From Clostridia bacterium (GTDB taxonomy: Bacteria > Bacillota > Clostridia > Oscillospirales > CAG-272): DNA of 64,000 nt. How positions within the stretch are numbered: the first letter of the stretch is position 1; every line of letters begins with the position of its first letter. The notes under the pieces were generated by a model that saw only the letters and a program-made list of their open reading frames with translations, was not told the origin of the DNA and searched no databases. Both the position numbers and the translations under genes were made by a program. This document shows, one piece after another, positions 1-10,385 of the stretch. The stretch lies in NCBI GenBank assembly GCA_017453245.1, contig JAFTKM010000018.1, positions 10,916 to 74,915 on the forward strand, given 5' to 3'.

Positions 1-558
1 GTAGAGAGTAGTGAGGTTTATGAATCTATTACTGAATGCAGTATCTTAACAGGTATTTCAACACAAAATTTATCGCAGAATTGCTGTAAAGCTCATCGCT
101 CAGCAAAGAACAAACACTACGCCTACGTAGACGAATATGACGAAAATTGGAAACCGGCTCCAAAATACACAACAAAGCGAAGAAAGGAATCAAGCACGCT
201 AAAAAAATCTGTCTATTGCTTGGAAACACAAGAAGTGTATGTGTCTGAAACGGAGGCTGGTGAAAAACTTGGTATAGATAGCCGATTAATCGGCAGATGT
301 TGTTCAGGGGAATTAGTAAAAACACATGGTTATCATTTTTGTTATGCAGTTGACGATTATATCAATTTCAAACCAAGAGAAACTATAAAAGGGCAAAAAG
401 GAAAAAGAAGAATTCTTTGTGTCGAAACAGGGGAAATCTTTTCACACGCTGCACAAGCTAGCAAGGTTAAAGCAGTTGCAAGTAGCACTTTAAGTGAATG
501 CCTAAATAAAAAAAGGCTTACTGCAGGCGGATTACATTGGGAATATATTGATATCTAA
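1..558 (+). CDS. 5'-truncated protein with three tandem NUMOD1/IENR1-like DNA-binding repeats (homing-endonuclease-associated C-terminus)
   Basis: Frame is open from base 1 (VESSEVYESITECSILTGISTQNLSQNCC...HYAYVD) through the track ORF 220..558; three repeats of (C)xETxE(V/I)(Y/F)xS...CC/CL...H(W/F/Y)xY; AT-rich. Confidence 0.6.
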   Translation, partial: VESSEVYESITECSILTGISTQNLSQNCCKAHRSAKNKHYAYVDEYDENWKPAPKYTTKRRKESSTLKKSVYCLETQEVYVSETEAGEKLGIDSRLIGRCCSGELVKTHGYHFCYAVDDYINFKPRETIKGQKGKRRILCVETGEIFSHAAQASKVKAVASSTLSECLNKKRLTAGGLHWEYIDI

Positions 559-743
559 ACATCAAGTGTTTCTACCACAGAGACGAAAACGTATTGAAAC
601 AGAGTAGTTATTGCTATAATTCATTCAAAACAAAGCATATTCTCGCATTTCGGGAGTAATTCCTTCATCTAGGGGTGGACTTTTTTCTGACGGAATGGTA
701 GAATGTAACCAAATAACACCCCAAAATGTGAGGAGGTACTTCT

Positions 744-2000
744 ATGGAGAAGAAATCGATAGGCAAATTCATATCGGCTTTGCGTAAGGCAAACGGTATG
801 ACGCAGAGGGAACTCGGCGAAAAGCTTTTTGTTTCGGATAAAACGGTAAGCCGTTGGGAGTGCGACGAATGTACTCCTGAGCTTTCCCTGATACCTTCGA
901 TAGCGGAGATCTTCGGCATAACCACCGACGAGCTTCTCCGCGGAGAGCGTAATAACCCTGACCGAGAAGCAGTATCGGAAGATGTGGCAAGCAAGCAGAA
1001 GGCAAAGAGCGACAAGCAATTCAAGCTGATGCTACATAGCAGAGAGAAGAAGTTTACCAATCTCTCCTTTATCTCAATAGGGCTGATCATAGTGGGACTT
1101 ATAGCCGCTATGATATGTAATCTCGGTTTTTCGCGCGGTCTGCTTGGCTTCTGCCTTGCGAGTGTATTCTTTGTTGCGGCTACGATATGTCAGATATGCT
1201 TCACGGTGAGCTTCAGATTGCTTATCGACGAGGAAGATGAGGAACACGCCGAGAAGATAAAATTGGCTAACACAGATATGGTTCTTAACTCGGTTAAAGC
1301 ATTTTTCGGCGTACTCCTGGCCTTCGCCTTCTGCCTGCCGATAGCAGTAATTCCGTATAACAGCTATTACGGACTCGCCTTTGATTCCTGGCTTATGTTT
1401 GGCGCATTGTTTGCCGCTGTCACGTTTCTTTTCGCGTTCTGTATATACAAGATTTTTGTCTTTAAGATGTTGATTGACAAAGAGCTTATCTGGCTCGATG
1501 AACAGACGCTGGAAAACGTTAATAAGGACACTAAGCTCTTAAAAAAGCTTTGCATAGGATTTGCAATAACACTTGCGTTATTATTGCTTATAACCTATAT
1601 TTTGACTAGTTTTGTTAGCGAATCCACCTTTATTAAGCGCGAAAGATTTGATGATCCCGATGAGTTTATCGAGTATATGCAGAGTGGATATGATGCTTGG
1701 TATGAAGAAGGGTATGGAGATGTACCTCAAAATCAATTACCGATCTATGAGCCTAACAAAAAATGGGCAGAAATCGACGGTAAAGAATATTACTACAATC
1801 CCATTTTATATGAGTCAATAAACATTCTTCAACACGAGAACGGAGAATGGGAGATCGTAGTCACGACAGATGAAGCCGACCAAAACGGTCAGGTGATGTA
1901 TTCAATACTAAATGCAGGCTTGCTATCCTTGCACGTTATCAATCTCGCAATATTCGTGATTTGGTATTTCGTAAAAACAAAGAAGCGTAAACACAAATAA
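744..2000 (+). CDS. XRE-family HTH regulator fused to multiple TM helices and an extracytoplasmic loop
   Basis: N-terminal LRKANGMTQRELGEKLFVSDKTVSRWE HTH_3 signature; about 6 hydrophobic segments; GGAGG RBS. Confidence 0.8.
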   Translation: MEKKSIGKFISALRKANGMTQRELGEKLFVSDKTVSRWECDECTPELSLIPSIAEIFGITTDELLRGERNNPDREAVSEDVASKQKAKSDKQFKLMLHSREKKFTNLSFISIGLIIVGLIAAMICNLGFSRGLLGFCLASVFFVAATICQICFTVSFRLLIDEEDEEHAEKIKLANTDMVLNSVKAFFGVLLAFAFCLPIAVIPYNSYYGLAFDSWLMFGALFAAVTFLFAFCIYKIFVFKMLIDKELIWLDEQTLENVNKDTKLLKKLCIGFAITLALLLLITYILTSFVSESTFIKRERFDDPDEFIEYMQSGYDAWYEEGYGDVPQNQLPIYEPNKKWAEIDGKEYYYNPILYESINILQHENGEWEIVVTTDEADQNGQVMYSILNAGLLSLHVINLAIFVIWYFVKTKKRKHK

Positions 2001-2003
2001 AAA

Positions 2004-2040
2004 CAGCCCTTGCTTCGAAATGAGGTAAGGGCTTGATTTT
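2004..2040 (+). terminator. Probable intrinsic terminator
   Basis: AGCCCTTGCTTC...GAGGTAAGGGCT stem followed by a T-rich tract just after the stop codon. Confidence 0.5.
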
Positions 2041-2098
2041 ATTTGTGCTTTATGATACAATGGGCTTAAATGAACTACACACCCAAGGAGGACCACAT

Positions 2099-2593
2099 AT
2101 GGAACTTAAAAAACTAAGCAAAAACGTACTGAAGCTATGGTACATTCGCGCGGCGATCACCTCGCTTGCGCTGGTCGGATTTTTCATCAGCGCTATCGTG
2201 ATCTTAAGCGTGGCTGAAGCGCCGAGTGACGTAAGACTCGCAGTTTTATTGGCTGTCGGAATACCCGATCTTCTGCTTCTTTGCCTTACCTTGGTTATGC
2301 CCGTCTTGCGCTACAAAATGTTCGCGTGGGGCTATAACGATAAGCGCATAGTTGTGAAAGAGGGCGTCATCTTCAGAAAAAGAGTGGTAATTCCCATCTG
2401 TCAGATTCAGGACCTTCACAGAGTGCAGGGACCTATTATGATGCTCTTGAAGCTCAGCGACGTTACTATCTCTACCGCAGGCTCGAATTTTGATCTTTCC
2501 ACACTCACGACCGACGAGGCAGACAGTATGATCGATGATCTTGAGGAAAAGCTCGAGGCAAGAATTGAGGAGCAGAATAATGAAGAGATTTGA
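2099..2593 (+). CDS. YdbS-like membrane protein with bacterial PH (bPH_2) domain
   Basis: Two TM helices then GVIFRKRVVIPICQIQDL..QGPIM..L..VTISTAG; start moved to ATG 2099 after GGAGG. Confidence 0.75.
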   Translation: MELKKLSKNVLKLWYIRAAITSLALVGFFISAIVILSVAEAPSDVRLAVLLAVGIPDLLLLCLTLVMPVLRYKMFAWGYNDKRIVVKEGVIFRKRVVIPICQIQDLHRVQGPIMMLLKLSDVTISTAGSNFDLSTLTTDEADSMIDDLEEKLEARIEEQNNEEI

Positions 2594-4103
2594 CAAAGGG
2601 TATATCTATTCCTCTCTGTTGTCCGACGTTATTTACAGCTTTGTAGTAATGTTTGTCTTTCTTGAGGAGCTTTTATTTACCGACGAGGGAGAGCTTAGAA
2701 ATATCATTCCGTATATCCCGATTTTCATAGTCGCGTTTATCCTGATCTATTCCTGCTTTACCGCATACAGGATAATGTACTACAAGACCTCGGGATATGA
2801 GCTGACCGAGACGGAAATAAGATGCAACAAAGGCGTCCTCTTCAGAAAACACTCTGTACTCGAGTACAAGAAGATCCACGCTATTAACAAGAGACAGAGC
2901 ATATTTCACAGAATATTCGGCATTGCGGTTTTGACCGTGGATAGCGGATCTACAAACACCGCTCACCAAGCCGAGATAATGATCATTGAGAAGTCGTCAA
3001 TCGTTGACTCCTTGGTTGCAGAGCTCAATTCGCTCAAGGAAAACGGCGCGCGCACCCCCGAGAGCGACTCTTTAGAAGAAAGCGTGCTTCTTTCCGAAAG
3101 CGACAGCCTATATAACTTCACTTCGAAGAAGAAAATGCTCTACACGCTTATAAACGTTGCGTCAATGGCGTTCTTTATAGCGTTGATCGGAGCGCTCGCT
3201 ATTATTGTAATAGGCGTCTGCAAGCTTATGCTGGAGCTTGATTATCTTGGCACCTGGGGACAGTATTTCTTATATGCCGTTTTAATTACGTTAGGAGCAA
3301 TGCTTCTCAGCTCCTTCTTCGTCCTTATAGGTTGCTTATTAAGCTCGTTTGTAAAATACTACAAGTTCGCAATTACCAAGCGTGGAAACAACATAGAGAT
3401 CTCGTACGGACTTCTTGAGAAGCATACCAACACCTTCAGCTATGACAGAATCAAGGCTGTCAAGGTTCAGCAGGGAATAGTTCAGAGACTGCTCGGCTTT
3501 GCAAGTATAAATCTTGAGGTAATCGGTTATACGGCCGACTCGGATAACGAAAATACGGATATAGGTGTGCTTGTTCCGTTCTGCAAGTATGACGAGGTCG
3601 GTGAGATACTCGAGCGTGTACTTCCGGATTATACACCTGATGAAAAAAAGACGAGCGCGGTATCATATTTCCCATTCGTCTCGTGGTTCTTATTGATCTT
3701 TGGTACCATATCGGGACTTGCGCTTTCCTTGACCGTGGCAATTATGCTGATCTTCAGCGTATCCGCTCCTATTGTTTTATCCGTGGCGCTCTCCACCGCT
3801 TTAGCGATTGCTATTGTAATTGGTGTAAAGCTTCTTCACGGCTTCTTAGCTTATAAGATCAACGGAATCGCCTCAAGTGGCGGTAAAATTACGGTATACA
3901 GCGGAGGCTTTACAAGGAAGGTTACCGTCTTTACGGTCAAGGACCTTGTAGCGGTTGAGGACGTGACAACTCCCTTAAGAAAGAAGGCGGGTATCGCGAG
4001 CCTTGTCTTGCACCTCAGGACCAACGCGGCATCCAACGAGGTTAAGGTTCATATCCAGGAGGCTTCGCTCACCGAGGAGCTTGAAAAGCTTTTGAAGGTA
4101 TAA
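2580..4103 (+). CDS. YdbT-like membrane protein with repeated bPH_2 domains
   Basis: Three TM-pair plus PH modules (GVLFRKH.., GLLEKHTNTFSYDRIKAVKVQQGIVQRLLG, GGFTRKV..); overlaps the upstream ydbS-like gene; start at ATG 2580. Confidence 0.75.
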   Translation: MKRFDKGYIYSSLLSDVIYSFVVMFVFLEELLFTDEGELRNIIPYIPIFIVAFILIYSCFTAYRIMYYKTSGYELTETEIRCNKGVLFRKHSVLEYKKIHAINKRQSIFHRIFGIAVLTVDSGSTNTAHQAEIMIIEKSSIVDSLVAELNSLKENGARTPESDSLEESVLLSESDSLYNFTSKKKMLYTLINVASMAFFIALIGALAIIVIGVCKLMLELDYLGTWGQYFLYAVLITLGAMLLSSFFVLIGCLLSSFVKYYKFAITKRGNNIEISYGLLEKHTNTFSYDRIKAVKVQQGIVQRLLGFASINLEVIGYTADSDNENTDIGVLVPFCKYDEVGEILERVLPDYTPDEKKTSAVSYFPFVSWFLLIFGTISGLALSLTVAIMLIFSVSAPIVLSVALSTALAIAIVIGVKLLHGFLAYKINGIASSGGKITVYSGGFTRKVTVFTVKDLVAVEDVTTPLRKKAGIASLVLHLRTNAASNEVKVHIQEASLTEELEKLLKV

Positions 4104-4120
4104 TCTTTCTTTGTAAAATG

Positions 4121-4165
4121 AAAAAATGCTTATAGTATCCCAAGTGGAGCTATAAGCATTTTTTG
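4121..4165. terminator. Bidirectional intrinsic terminator
   Basis: AAAAAATGCTTATAG...CTATAAGCATTTTTT between convergent genes. Confidence 0.7.
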
Positions 4166-5545
4166 TTATTGTAATTCGGCTTCTTTCCTTTTTATCTCCT
4201 TACCGACAACCGTCAGAAGAATTACTCCGAGGATAGCCGAGCAGAGATTAACGCCGACGAAGTTTACCCATATTCCGTCAAGTCCGAAGCTCCACAGAGC
4301 GCCGAGGAAAAGAACGGGGAAGATCAGGGCGGTTGAGACGGAAATTGCCGTTGCTAAGGCAGGCTTTTCTATTGCGCTTAGGAAGCTCTGCGTCGTAACT
4401 ACAAACCACCTGAAGAGGTAGGCGAAGCAGAAGAGCCTTATCGCGTGCGTGGCTTCTGCAAGGAGCAGAGCATCCTCCGCCTTCGCGAACATTGCCGCCA
4501 CGGTAGCGGGGAAGAAGAATAGGAGCGAGGTCGATATAAGACCTATCACAGCAGTTCCGATGTATCCGCACTTGACGATTTTCTTAACTCTGTCGTAGCT
4601 TGCCGCGCCCCAGTTATAGCCGATGGCAGGGGAGAGGGAATCGCTGACTCCGTAGAGAAGCGGCCAGCAGAAATCACTAGCATACATAAGCACCGCGTAT
4701 ACCGCGACAGCGGTGGTTCCGCCATTCTCTCCGAACTCAAGAGCGCCAAGCGTCATAAGGGATACGTTTATCAGGATAGAGCTGATTCGTCCCGCTATAT
4801 TATTAAGGAATACAGGAGAACCGCACGCCGCGATCTCCTTGAACATAGCCTTATTAAAGTGAGGTTTTGTAAACTTAAGTAGTGTTTTACCGCGTAAAAA
4901 CGGTGTCAATGCCACAAACGAGCACATACACATCGAGATTGATGTAGCAAGCGCGGAGCCGACAACGTCCATCTCAAAAACAAGAAGGAAGAGTGTCAGA
5001 AGTCCGATAGTAGCAATATTCGAGCCGATGTTTATCACCATGCTCGTCTTTACGTATCCGCTGATCCTTAAGTAATTATCCATCGCGAAAAAGATGGTCG
5101 ACAGGGGACTGCACAGCGCAACCGTACGTAGGTATCTGACCGAGGTTTCGAGCAGAGTACCGTCCGCACCCATCATACGGCAAAGAGGCTTGGCGGCGGC
5201 GAACATTGCCATGCCCATAACGAGCGAGGCAATAAAGATCATTAGCACCGAGCAGGAGAATACGTTATTGGCCTCTCCGTGCTCCTTCTTACCGAGAGCG
5301 ATGGAAATAGGCACCGACGCGCCCACTCCGATCAGGTCGGCAAGAGCAAAATTTATCATAACGAGGGGCATCGCTATATTGACTGCCGCAAACGCTCCCT
5401 CGCCGAGCTTCTGCCCTATGAAAATGCCTTCGACAATACTGTATATCGACATAGCGAACATACTTATCATACCGGGCATAGCGACGATGAAGAAGAGTCT
5501 CCAGGGGCTCATCGTCGCATACATTTTTTCTGTATCGCGTTTCAT
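4166..5545 (-). CDS. MATE-family efflux transporter
   Basis: 459 aa, about 12 TM; SIYSIVEGIFIGQKLG..AFAAVNIA and IGYNWGA motifs typical of MepA/DinF-like MATEs. Confidence 0.85.
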   Translation of the reverse strand: MKRDTEKMYATMSPWRLFFIVAMPGMISMFAMSIYSIVEGIFIGQKLGEGAFAAVNIAMPLVMINFALADLIGVGASVPISIALGKKEHGEANNVFSCSVLMIFIASLVMGMAMFAAAKPLCRMMGADGTLLETSVRYLRTVALCSPLSTIFFAMDNYLRISGYVKTSMVINIGSNIATIGLLTLFLLVFEMDVVGSALATSISMCMCSFVALTPFLRGKTLLKFTKPHFNKAMFKEIAACGSPVFLNNIAGRISSILINVSLMTLGALEFGENGGTTAVAVYAVLMYASDFCWPLLYGVSDSLSPAIGYNWGAASYDRVKKIVKCGYIGTAVIGLISTSLLFFFPATVAAMFAKAEDALLLAEATHAIRLFCFAYLFRWFVVTTQSFLSAIEKPALATAISVSTALIFPVLFLGALWSFGLDGIWVNFVGVNLCSAILGVILLTVVGKEIKRKEAELQ

Positions 5546-5548
5546 TTC

Positions 5549-6793
5549 TTATTCGTAGAGAGGGTACTTCAGAAGAAGCTCCTTTACTCTCGCTTTTACC
5601 TCATTTTCATTGTTGTCAAAGTCCTTTAGTGTCAGGGAAATAAGCTTAGCCACCTCGCGCATATCCTCTGTGTTAAATCCACGGGAGGTCACCGCCGCAG
5701 AGCCAAGACGCAGACCGCTGGTAACAGACGGCTTCTGCTTATCGTTCGGGATAGAGTTCTTGTTGCAGGTGATGCCAATCTCATCGAGAAGGTGCTCTGC
5801 CTCCTTACCTGTGTCAACCTTCATTCCGGTGAGGTCAACAAGAAGGAGGTGATTGTCCGTGCCGCCCGACACAAGGCGGAAGCCTTCCTTGATAAGCTCA
5901 TCTGCAAGCGCCGCGGTGTTGTCGATAACACGCTGTGCGTACTCGGTGAATTCGGGCTTAAGAGCCTCGCCGAAGCAGACTGCCTTAGCGGTGATGGTGT
6001 GCATAAGAGGGCCGCCCTGAATACCGGGGAAGATAGCCTTGTTGATAGCCTTTGCGATCTCCTCGTCATTAGTGAGGATAAGACCGCCGCGGGGACCTCT
6101 CAAGGTCTTGTGAGTGGTGGTTGTCGTAACGTCAGCGTAGGGGATAGGCGAGGGGTGCTTGCCTGCCGCAACAAGGCCCGCGATGTGCGCCATATCAACG
6201 AGCAGATATGCGCCGACCTCCTTTGCTATCTCGGAGAATTTCTCAAAGTCGATGATTCTCGGATAAGCCGACGCGCCCGCGAGAATGAGTCTCGGCTTAC
6301 ACTCAAGCGCAAGGCGTCTTACCTCGTCGTAATCTATGGTCTCGGTGTCCTCGCTTACGCCGTAGGGCACGATGTTCCAGTATTTGCCCGACATATTTAC
6401 GGGCGAGCCGTGGGAGAGGTGTCCGCCGTGAGCAAGACTCATGGAGAGCACGGTATCGCCGGGCTTAAGAAGGGCAAAGAATACCGCCATATTAGCCTGT
6501 GCGCCCGAGTGGGGCTGTACGTAAGCATATCCCGCGCCAAAGAGCTTCTTCGCTCTCTCGATCGCGATGGTCTCCACAACGTCAACGTGCTCGCATCCGC
6601 CGTAGTATCTCTTCGAGGGATAGCCCTCGGCATACTTATTGGTGAGGGTAGTGCCGTTAGCCTCCATCACCGTCTCGGATACAAAGTTCTCAGAGGCGAT
6701 AAGCTCGATCTTATTCCTCTGTCTTGCCGTCTCATTCATAACCGCCGCGTAGATCTCGGGGTCGTTCTTTTTCAAAAGGGCGTATTCTCTCAT
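5549..6793 (-). CDS. glyA: Serine hydroxymethyltransferase
   Basis: [46 protein letters not shown] (PLP lysine), SGGTDNHL. Confidence 0.97.
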   Translation of the reverse strand: MREYALLKKNDPEIYAAVMNETARQRNKIELIASENFVSETVMEANGTTLTNKYAEGYPSKRYYGGCEHVDVVETIAIERAKKLFGAGYAYVQPHSGAQANMAVFFALLKPGDTVLSMSLAHGGHLSHGSPVNMSGKYWNIVPYGVSEDTETIDYDEVRRLALECKPRLILAGASAYPRIIDFEKFSEIAKEVGAYLLVDMAHIAGLVAAGKHPSPIPYADVTTTTTHKTLRGPRGGLILTNDEEIAKAINKAIFPGIQGGPLMHTITAKAVCFGEALKPEFTEYAQRVIDNTAALADELIKEGFRLVSGGTDNHLLLVDLTGMKVDTGKEAEHLLDEIGITCNKNSIPNDKQKPSVTSGLRLGSAAVTSRGFNTEDMREVAKLISLTLKDFDNNENEVKARVKELLLKYPLYE

Positions 6794-6965
6794 TTTCCTA
6801 CTCCTTATAATATATTTGTAGATGGCATAATTTTATCATATGTATCGGTCATTGTCAATGATTTTGTATTGAACTTATGCGACTTTGGAATTTTTGATAC
6901 AAACACGTTGAAAAAACGGTTGCTTTATGATACAATTTAATAAAAGGTATATAGGGAGGATAGAT

Positions 6966-7637
6966 ATGCTCGAGGGAATGAGTGACTTTTTTGAAAACAG
7001 AATAGATGGTTATGACGAGCATATGATGAGAGACATAGAATTTGCCGATGAGTTTTACCCATACACAGCCTCCTGCCTGCCGAGTGCATCGGGCTGCCGT
7101 GTGCTCGACCTTGGCTGCGGCACAGGTATTGAGCTTGAGTTTTATTTTGAGCTTAACCCAACCGCAAAACTAGTTGGCATCGACTTATGTGAGGCAATGC
7201 TCTCCCGCCTTGCCGAGAAGCTTCACAACAGGGATATCGAGCTGATATTAGGCTCGTATTTTGACCTGCCTTTTGGCGACGGGATATACGATGCCGCCGT
7301 TTCGATTGAGAGTCTGCACCATTTCACAAAGGAGGAGAAGACCGCCCTTTATAAAAAGCTCCATAGCGCCTTAAAGGATAACGGTTATTTTATCCTGACA
7401 GACTATTTCGCCTTTAGCGACGAGGAAGAAATGTTCCACCGCCAAAGCCTCGCCGCCCTCAAAAAGGAGCAGGGAATTACCGATAACGGCTTTTATCATT
7501 ACGATACACCCTTGACCGTCGCACACGAAACAGAAGCGCTTCTTGATGCAGGATTTACATCCGTCGAGGTGTTGAAAAGTTGGGGAGCTACGTATACTCT
7601 TAAAGCCATAAAAGGTAAAAATGCAAATAAAACATAA
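6966..7637 (+). CDS. Class I SAM-dependent methyltransferase
   Basis: VLDLGCGTG motif I, YDAAVS..SLHHF, ALKDNGYFI; start at ATG 6966 after GGGAGG. Confidence 0.85.
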   Translation: MLEGMSDFFENRIDGYDEHMMRDIEFADEFYPYTASCLPSASGCRVLDLGCGTGIELEFYFELNPTAKLVGIDLCEAMLSRLAEKLHNRDIELILGSYFDLPFGDGIYDAAVSIESLHHFTKEEKTALYKKLHSALKDNGYFILTDYFAFSDEEEMFHRQSLAALKKEQGITDNGFYHYDTPLTVAHETEALLDAGFTSVEVLKSWGATYTLKAIKGKNANKT

Positions 7638-7638
7638 C

Positions 7639-7681
7639 AAAAAGCGCTTATAACCGCAGGACGTCGGCTATAAGCGCTTTT
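7639..7681. terminator. Bidirectional intrinsic terminator
   Basis: AAAAGCGCTTATA...TATAAGCGCTTTT inverted repeat between convergent genes. Confidence 0.65.
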
Positions 7682-7811
7682 AATATAAGAATAACGAATG
7701 AATTAGTTAATACAGATAAAATGCTTTTCGACCTTGGGAGAAAAGCCTCCTTAATTATTCACTATTCATCATTCATTATTTATTGGAAAACCACCTCGTG
7801 GTTTTCTGGGA

Positions 7812-9614
7812 TCACTTCGTGGTTTTGTAAAGCGGTCCGTATGCAGAGCAGGCTCTGTAATCCTGACCTTCCTTGTCCATTCCGAATGCACCCCAAGAGG
7901 AGGGACGGTAGATCTTTTCCTCATCAACGTTGTGCATGCAAACGGGGATTCTGAGCATAGAGCAGAGTGTGATAACGTCAGCTCCGATATGACCGTAGGA
8001 GATAGCTCCGTGGTTAGCGCCCCAGTTGTTCATAACGTCGTAAGCGCTCTTGAATGCGCCCTTGCCGGTGATTCTCGGTGCGAACCAGGTGCAAGGCCAG
8101 GTGTAGTCTGTTCTTGCCCAGAGCTTATGAGTTACCTCGTCGGGAAGACATACTGTCCAGCCCTCTGCGATCTGCATAACGGGGCCAAGTCCCTTTACCA
8201 TATTAAGACGGAGCATAGTAACGGGCATCTCTGCCTTGGTTACAAATCTCGAGGAGTAGCCGCCGCCGCGGAAGTATCCGAGGTCTGCATAGGGCCAGGT
8301 GGTTGCGGACATACAAGCGTCGATATCCTTGTCGGTCATCTCCCACCACTTCTTCATGATGGGCTCGCCATTCTCGTCCTTTGCCTCGCCCGAGGCGTCA
8401 ACGCAAGCAGCACCCGAGTTGATAAGGTGGATGAAGCCGTCGGCTTCCTTAGCCTTGCCCTCAAGGTCATAGCCGGTCACGCGCTTAACAGCGTCGCCCG
8501 ACCAGTAGGTTCTTACGTCCGCGAATATCTGAGCTCTGTTTGTCAAGAGCTTACCGAAGAGCATGCATACACCGTTGAGAGTGTCGTTCTCGGTAGCGAG
8601 GACGTAGGGCTCTCTTGCGCCGTTCCAGTCAAAGGTGGAGTTGAGGATACTCTCGGGGAAGTCGCAGTTGGGGTAGAAGTCAGTCCACTGTCTCTGTCCC
8701 TGGAAGCCTGCGGCGATGGCGTTGTGACCGACCATCTCCTCCTCGCATCCTACGGGCAGATTCTTGTTACCGTTCATAAGGTCCTTGATGATGCAGGCCA
8801 TCTTTGCGGTGAACTCCCAGTCCTTTGCCTTCTGCTCGTCGCTTCTCTGGAGCTCCTTCGGGTTCTTGTCAAAGTCGGGATTGCACTTTTCCTTTACCCA
8901 AGCGAGCGCCTTCTCATATTCCTTGGCATCGTAGATGCCCTCTGTCATTCGTCTGATGATCTCAACCTCGTCAACGCTCTCAACTCTCATTCCGAGATAC
9001 TCCTCGAAGAAGTCTACGTCAACGATAGAGCCCGCGATACCCATACAGATCGAGCCGATCTGGAGGTAGGACTTGCCTCTCATGGTCTTGACCGCAACTG
9101 CCGCTCTTGCAAAGCGGAGGATCTTCTCGGCAACGTCATCGGGGATAGAGGTATCGTCCATATCCTGTACCTCGTGACCGTAGATACCGAAAGCGGGGAG
9201 TCCCTTCTGAGTGTGAGAAGCGAGAACTGCCGCAAGGTATACCGCGCCGGGACGCTCTGTGCCGTTGAAGCCCCATACAGCCTTTACGGTATTCGGATCC
9301 ATATCCATAGTCTCCGAGCCGTAGCACCAGCAGGGAGTAACTGTGAGCGTGATGTCAACGCCCGCCTTCTTGAACTGATCAGCGCAGGCAGCCGCCTCAG
9401 CGACTCTGCCTATCGTGGTGTCGGAGATAACGACCTTGACGGGCTCACCGTTAGAGTAGCAGAGATTCTTAGTGATAAGCTCTGCCGCCGCCTTGGCCAT
9501 ATTCATAGTCTGATTTTCAAGGCTCTCACGCACCTTGAGAGGTCCGCGTCTGCCGTCGATAGTGGGGCGAATACCGATTACGGGATAATCGCCGATAAGT
9601 CTTGACTTTGCCAT
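7812..9614 (-). CDS. fucI: L-fucose (D-arabinose) isomerase
   Basis: [63 protein letters not shown]. Confidence 0.96.
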   Translation of the reverse strand: MAKSRLIGDYPVIGIRPTIDGRRGPLKVRESLENQTMNMAKAAAELITKNLCYSNGEPVKVVISDTTIGRVAEAAACADQFKKAGVDITLTVTPCWCYGSETMDMDPNTVKAVWGFNGTERPGAVYLAAVLASHTQKGLPAFGIYGHEVQDMDDTSIPDDVAEKILRFARAAVAVKTMRGKSYLQIGSICMGIAGSIVDVDFFEEYLGMRVESVDEVEIIRRMTEGIYDAKEYEKALAWVKEKCNPDFDKNPKELQRSDEQKAKDWEFTAKMACIIKDLMNGNKNLPVGCEEEMVGHNAIAAGFQGQRQWTDFYPNCDFPESILNSTFDWNGAREPYVLATENDTLNGVCMLFGKLLTNRAQIFADVRTYWSGDAVKRVTGYDLEGKAKEADGFIHLINSGAACVDASGEAKDENGEPIMKKWWEMTDKDIDACMSATTWPYADLGYFRGGGYSSRFVTKAEMPVTMLRLNMVKGLGPVMQIAEGWTVCLPDEVTHKLWARTDYTWPCTWFAPRITGKGAFKSAYDVMNNWGANHGAISYGHIGADVITLCSMLRIPVCMHNVDEEKIYRPSSWGAFGMDKEGQDYRACSAYGPLYKTTK

Positions 9615-9629
9615 TTTAGTTTTCTCCTT

Positions 9630-10085
9630 TTAGTATCTGGAGGTTACGCGTCTTAAGTGCGCGATCTCCTCTTTTGTCATTGATTTTAATTTGTAATTGT
9701 AGGTCCTTTTGTCATAAAAGACGTTGACGGTGGTGACACCGCTTTTGTTGTTGGTTGCCGCAGAGATCTTCTCGATAGATGCGATCTTGAATTTCCTCGT
9801 GATGAAGAAGCTCTTGATAACGAGAACACCGCATTGCGCGTAGATCTTATTCTTACTTGCGAATGCGTATCTTGCCGCGATAACCGTACAGACTAAGAAA
9901 ATCGGCAAAAGTATCCACGCATAGATCTTAAGCGCTGTGTTCTTCTGCGCGTAGGAAATGATAAGAAGCACAAGAGCCGTGATCGACGCCGCGCCAAACA
10001 GAATAGAGTAATATACGCTCTCTCTGTTCACACCGAGACCGTACACAACGTCCTTGGACCTCTCGATTGATGAAATATCCTTCAT
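9630..10085 (-). CDS. Hypothetical two-TM membrane protein (possible PH-like C-terminus)
   Basis: 151 aa ORF with RBS and two hydrophobic helices, 15 bp upstream of fucI. Confidence 0.6.
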   Translation of the reverse strand: MKDISSIERSKDVVYGLGVNRESVYYSILFGAASITALVLLIISYAQKNTALKIYAWILLPIFLVCTVIAARYAFASKNKIYAQCGVLVIKSFFITRKFKIASIEKISAATNNKSGVTTVNVFYDKRTYNYKLKSMTKEEIAHLRRVTSRY

Positions 10086-10214
10086 ATGTAACTCCTTGTA
10101 TTTGCTAAAAATATTCTAACACACATTTTTTCACAATGCAATACGTTTTTTATTAATACAATTAATAAATCGTGAAAATGCACAAAGAAGAGAGAAGTTT
10201 TTTGACATTACCAC

Positions 10215-10243
10215 TTGACAATCCCGTCCATAAGTGCTACAAT
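10215..10243 (+). promoter_or_regulatory. Sigma-A promoter of the leader/ABC exporter operon
   Basis: TTGACA-17 bp-TACAAT with a TG extension. Confidence 0.75.
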
Positions 10244-10277
10244 GGACTCAAAAATATGAAAGAAAGGAGGCCGAAAA

Positions 10278-10358
10278 ATGAATAACAAGACTTACAACTG
10301 TATCAACACTAAAACAGAATATATTTTCGTACACGCCTCCGGACTTGTTTTGGTATAG
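10278..10358 (+). CDS. Putative 26-aa leader peptide MNNKTYNCINTKTEYIFVHASGLVLV
   Basis: Strong RBS AAAGGAGG 7 nt before the ATG; lies between a promoter and a terminator; not in the ORF track because of its size. Confidence 0.6.
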   Translation: MNNKTYNCINTKTEYIFVHASGLVLV

Positions 10359-10385
10359 AGGGGTGAGCTCTCTGCTTGCCTATAT

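Noticed and set aside
5792-6940. 382-aa plus-strand ORF
   Set aside because: Antisense shadow of glyA.
7932-9605. 557-aa plus-strand ORF
   Set aside because: Antisense shadow of fucI; no recognisable motifs, and expected from the codon bias of the real gene.
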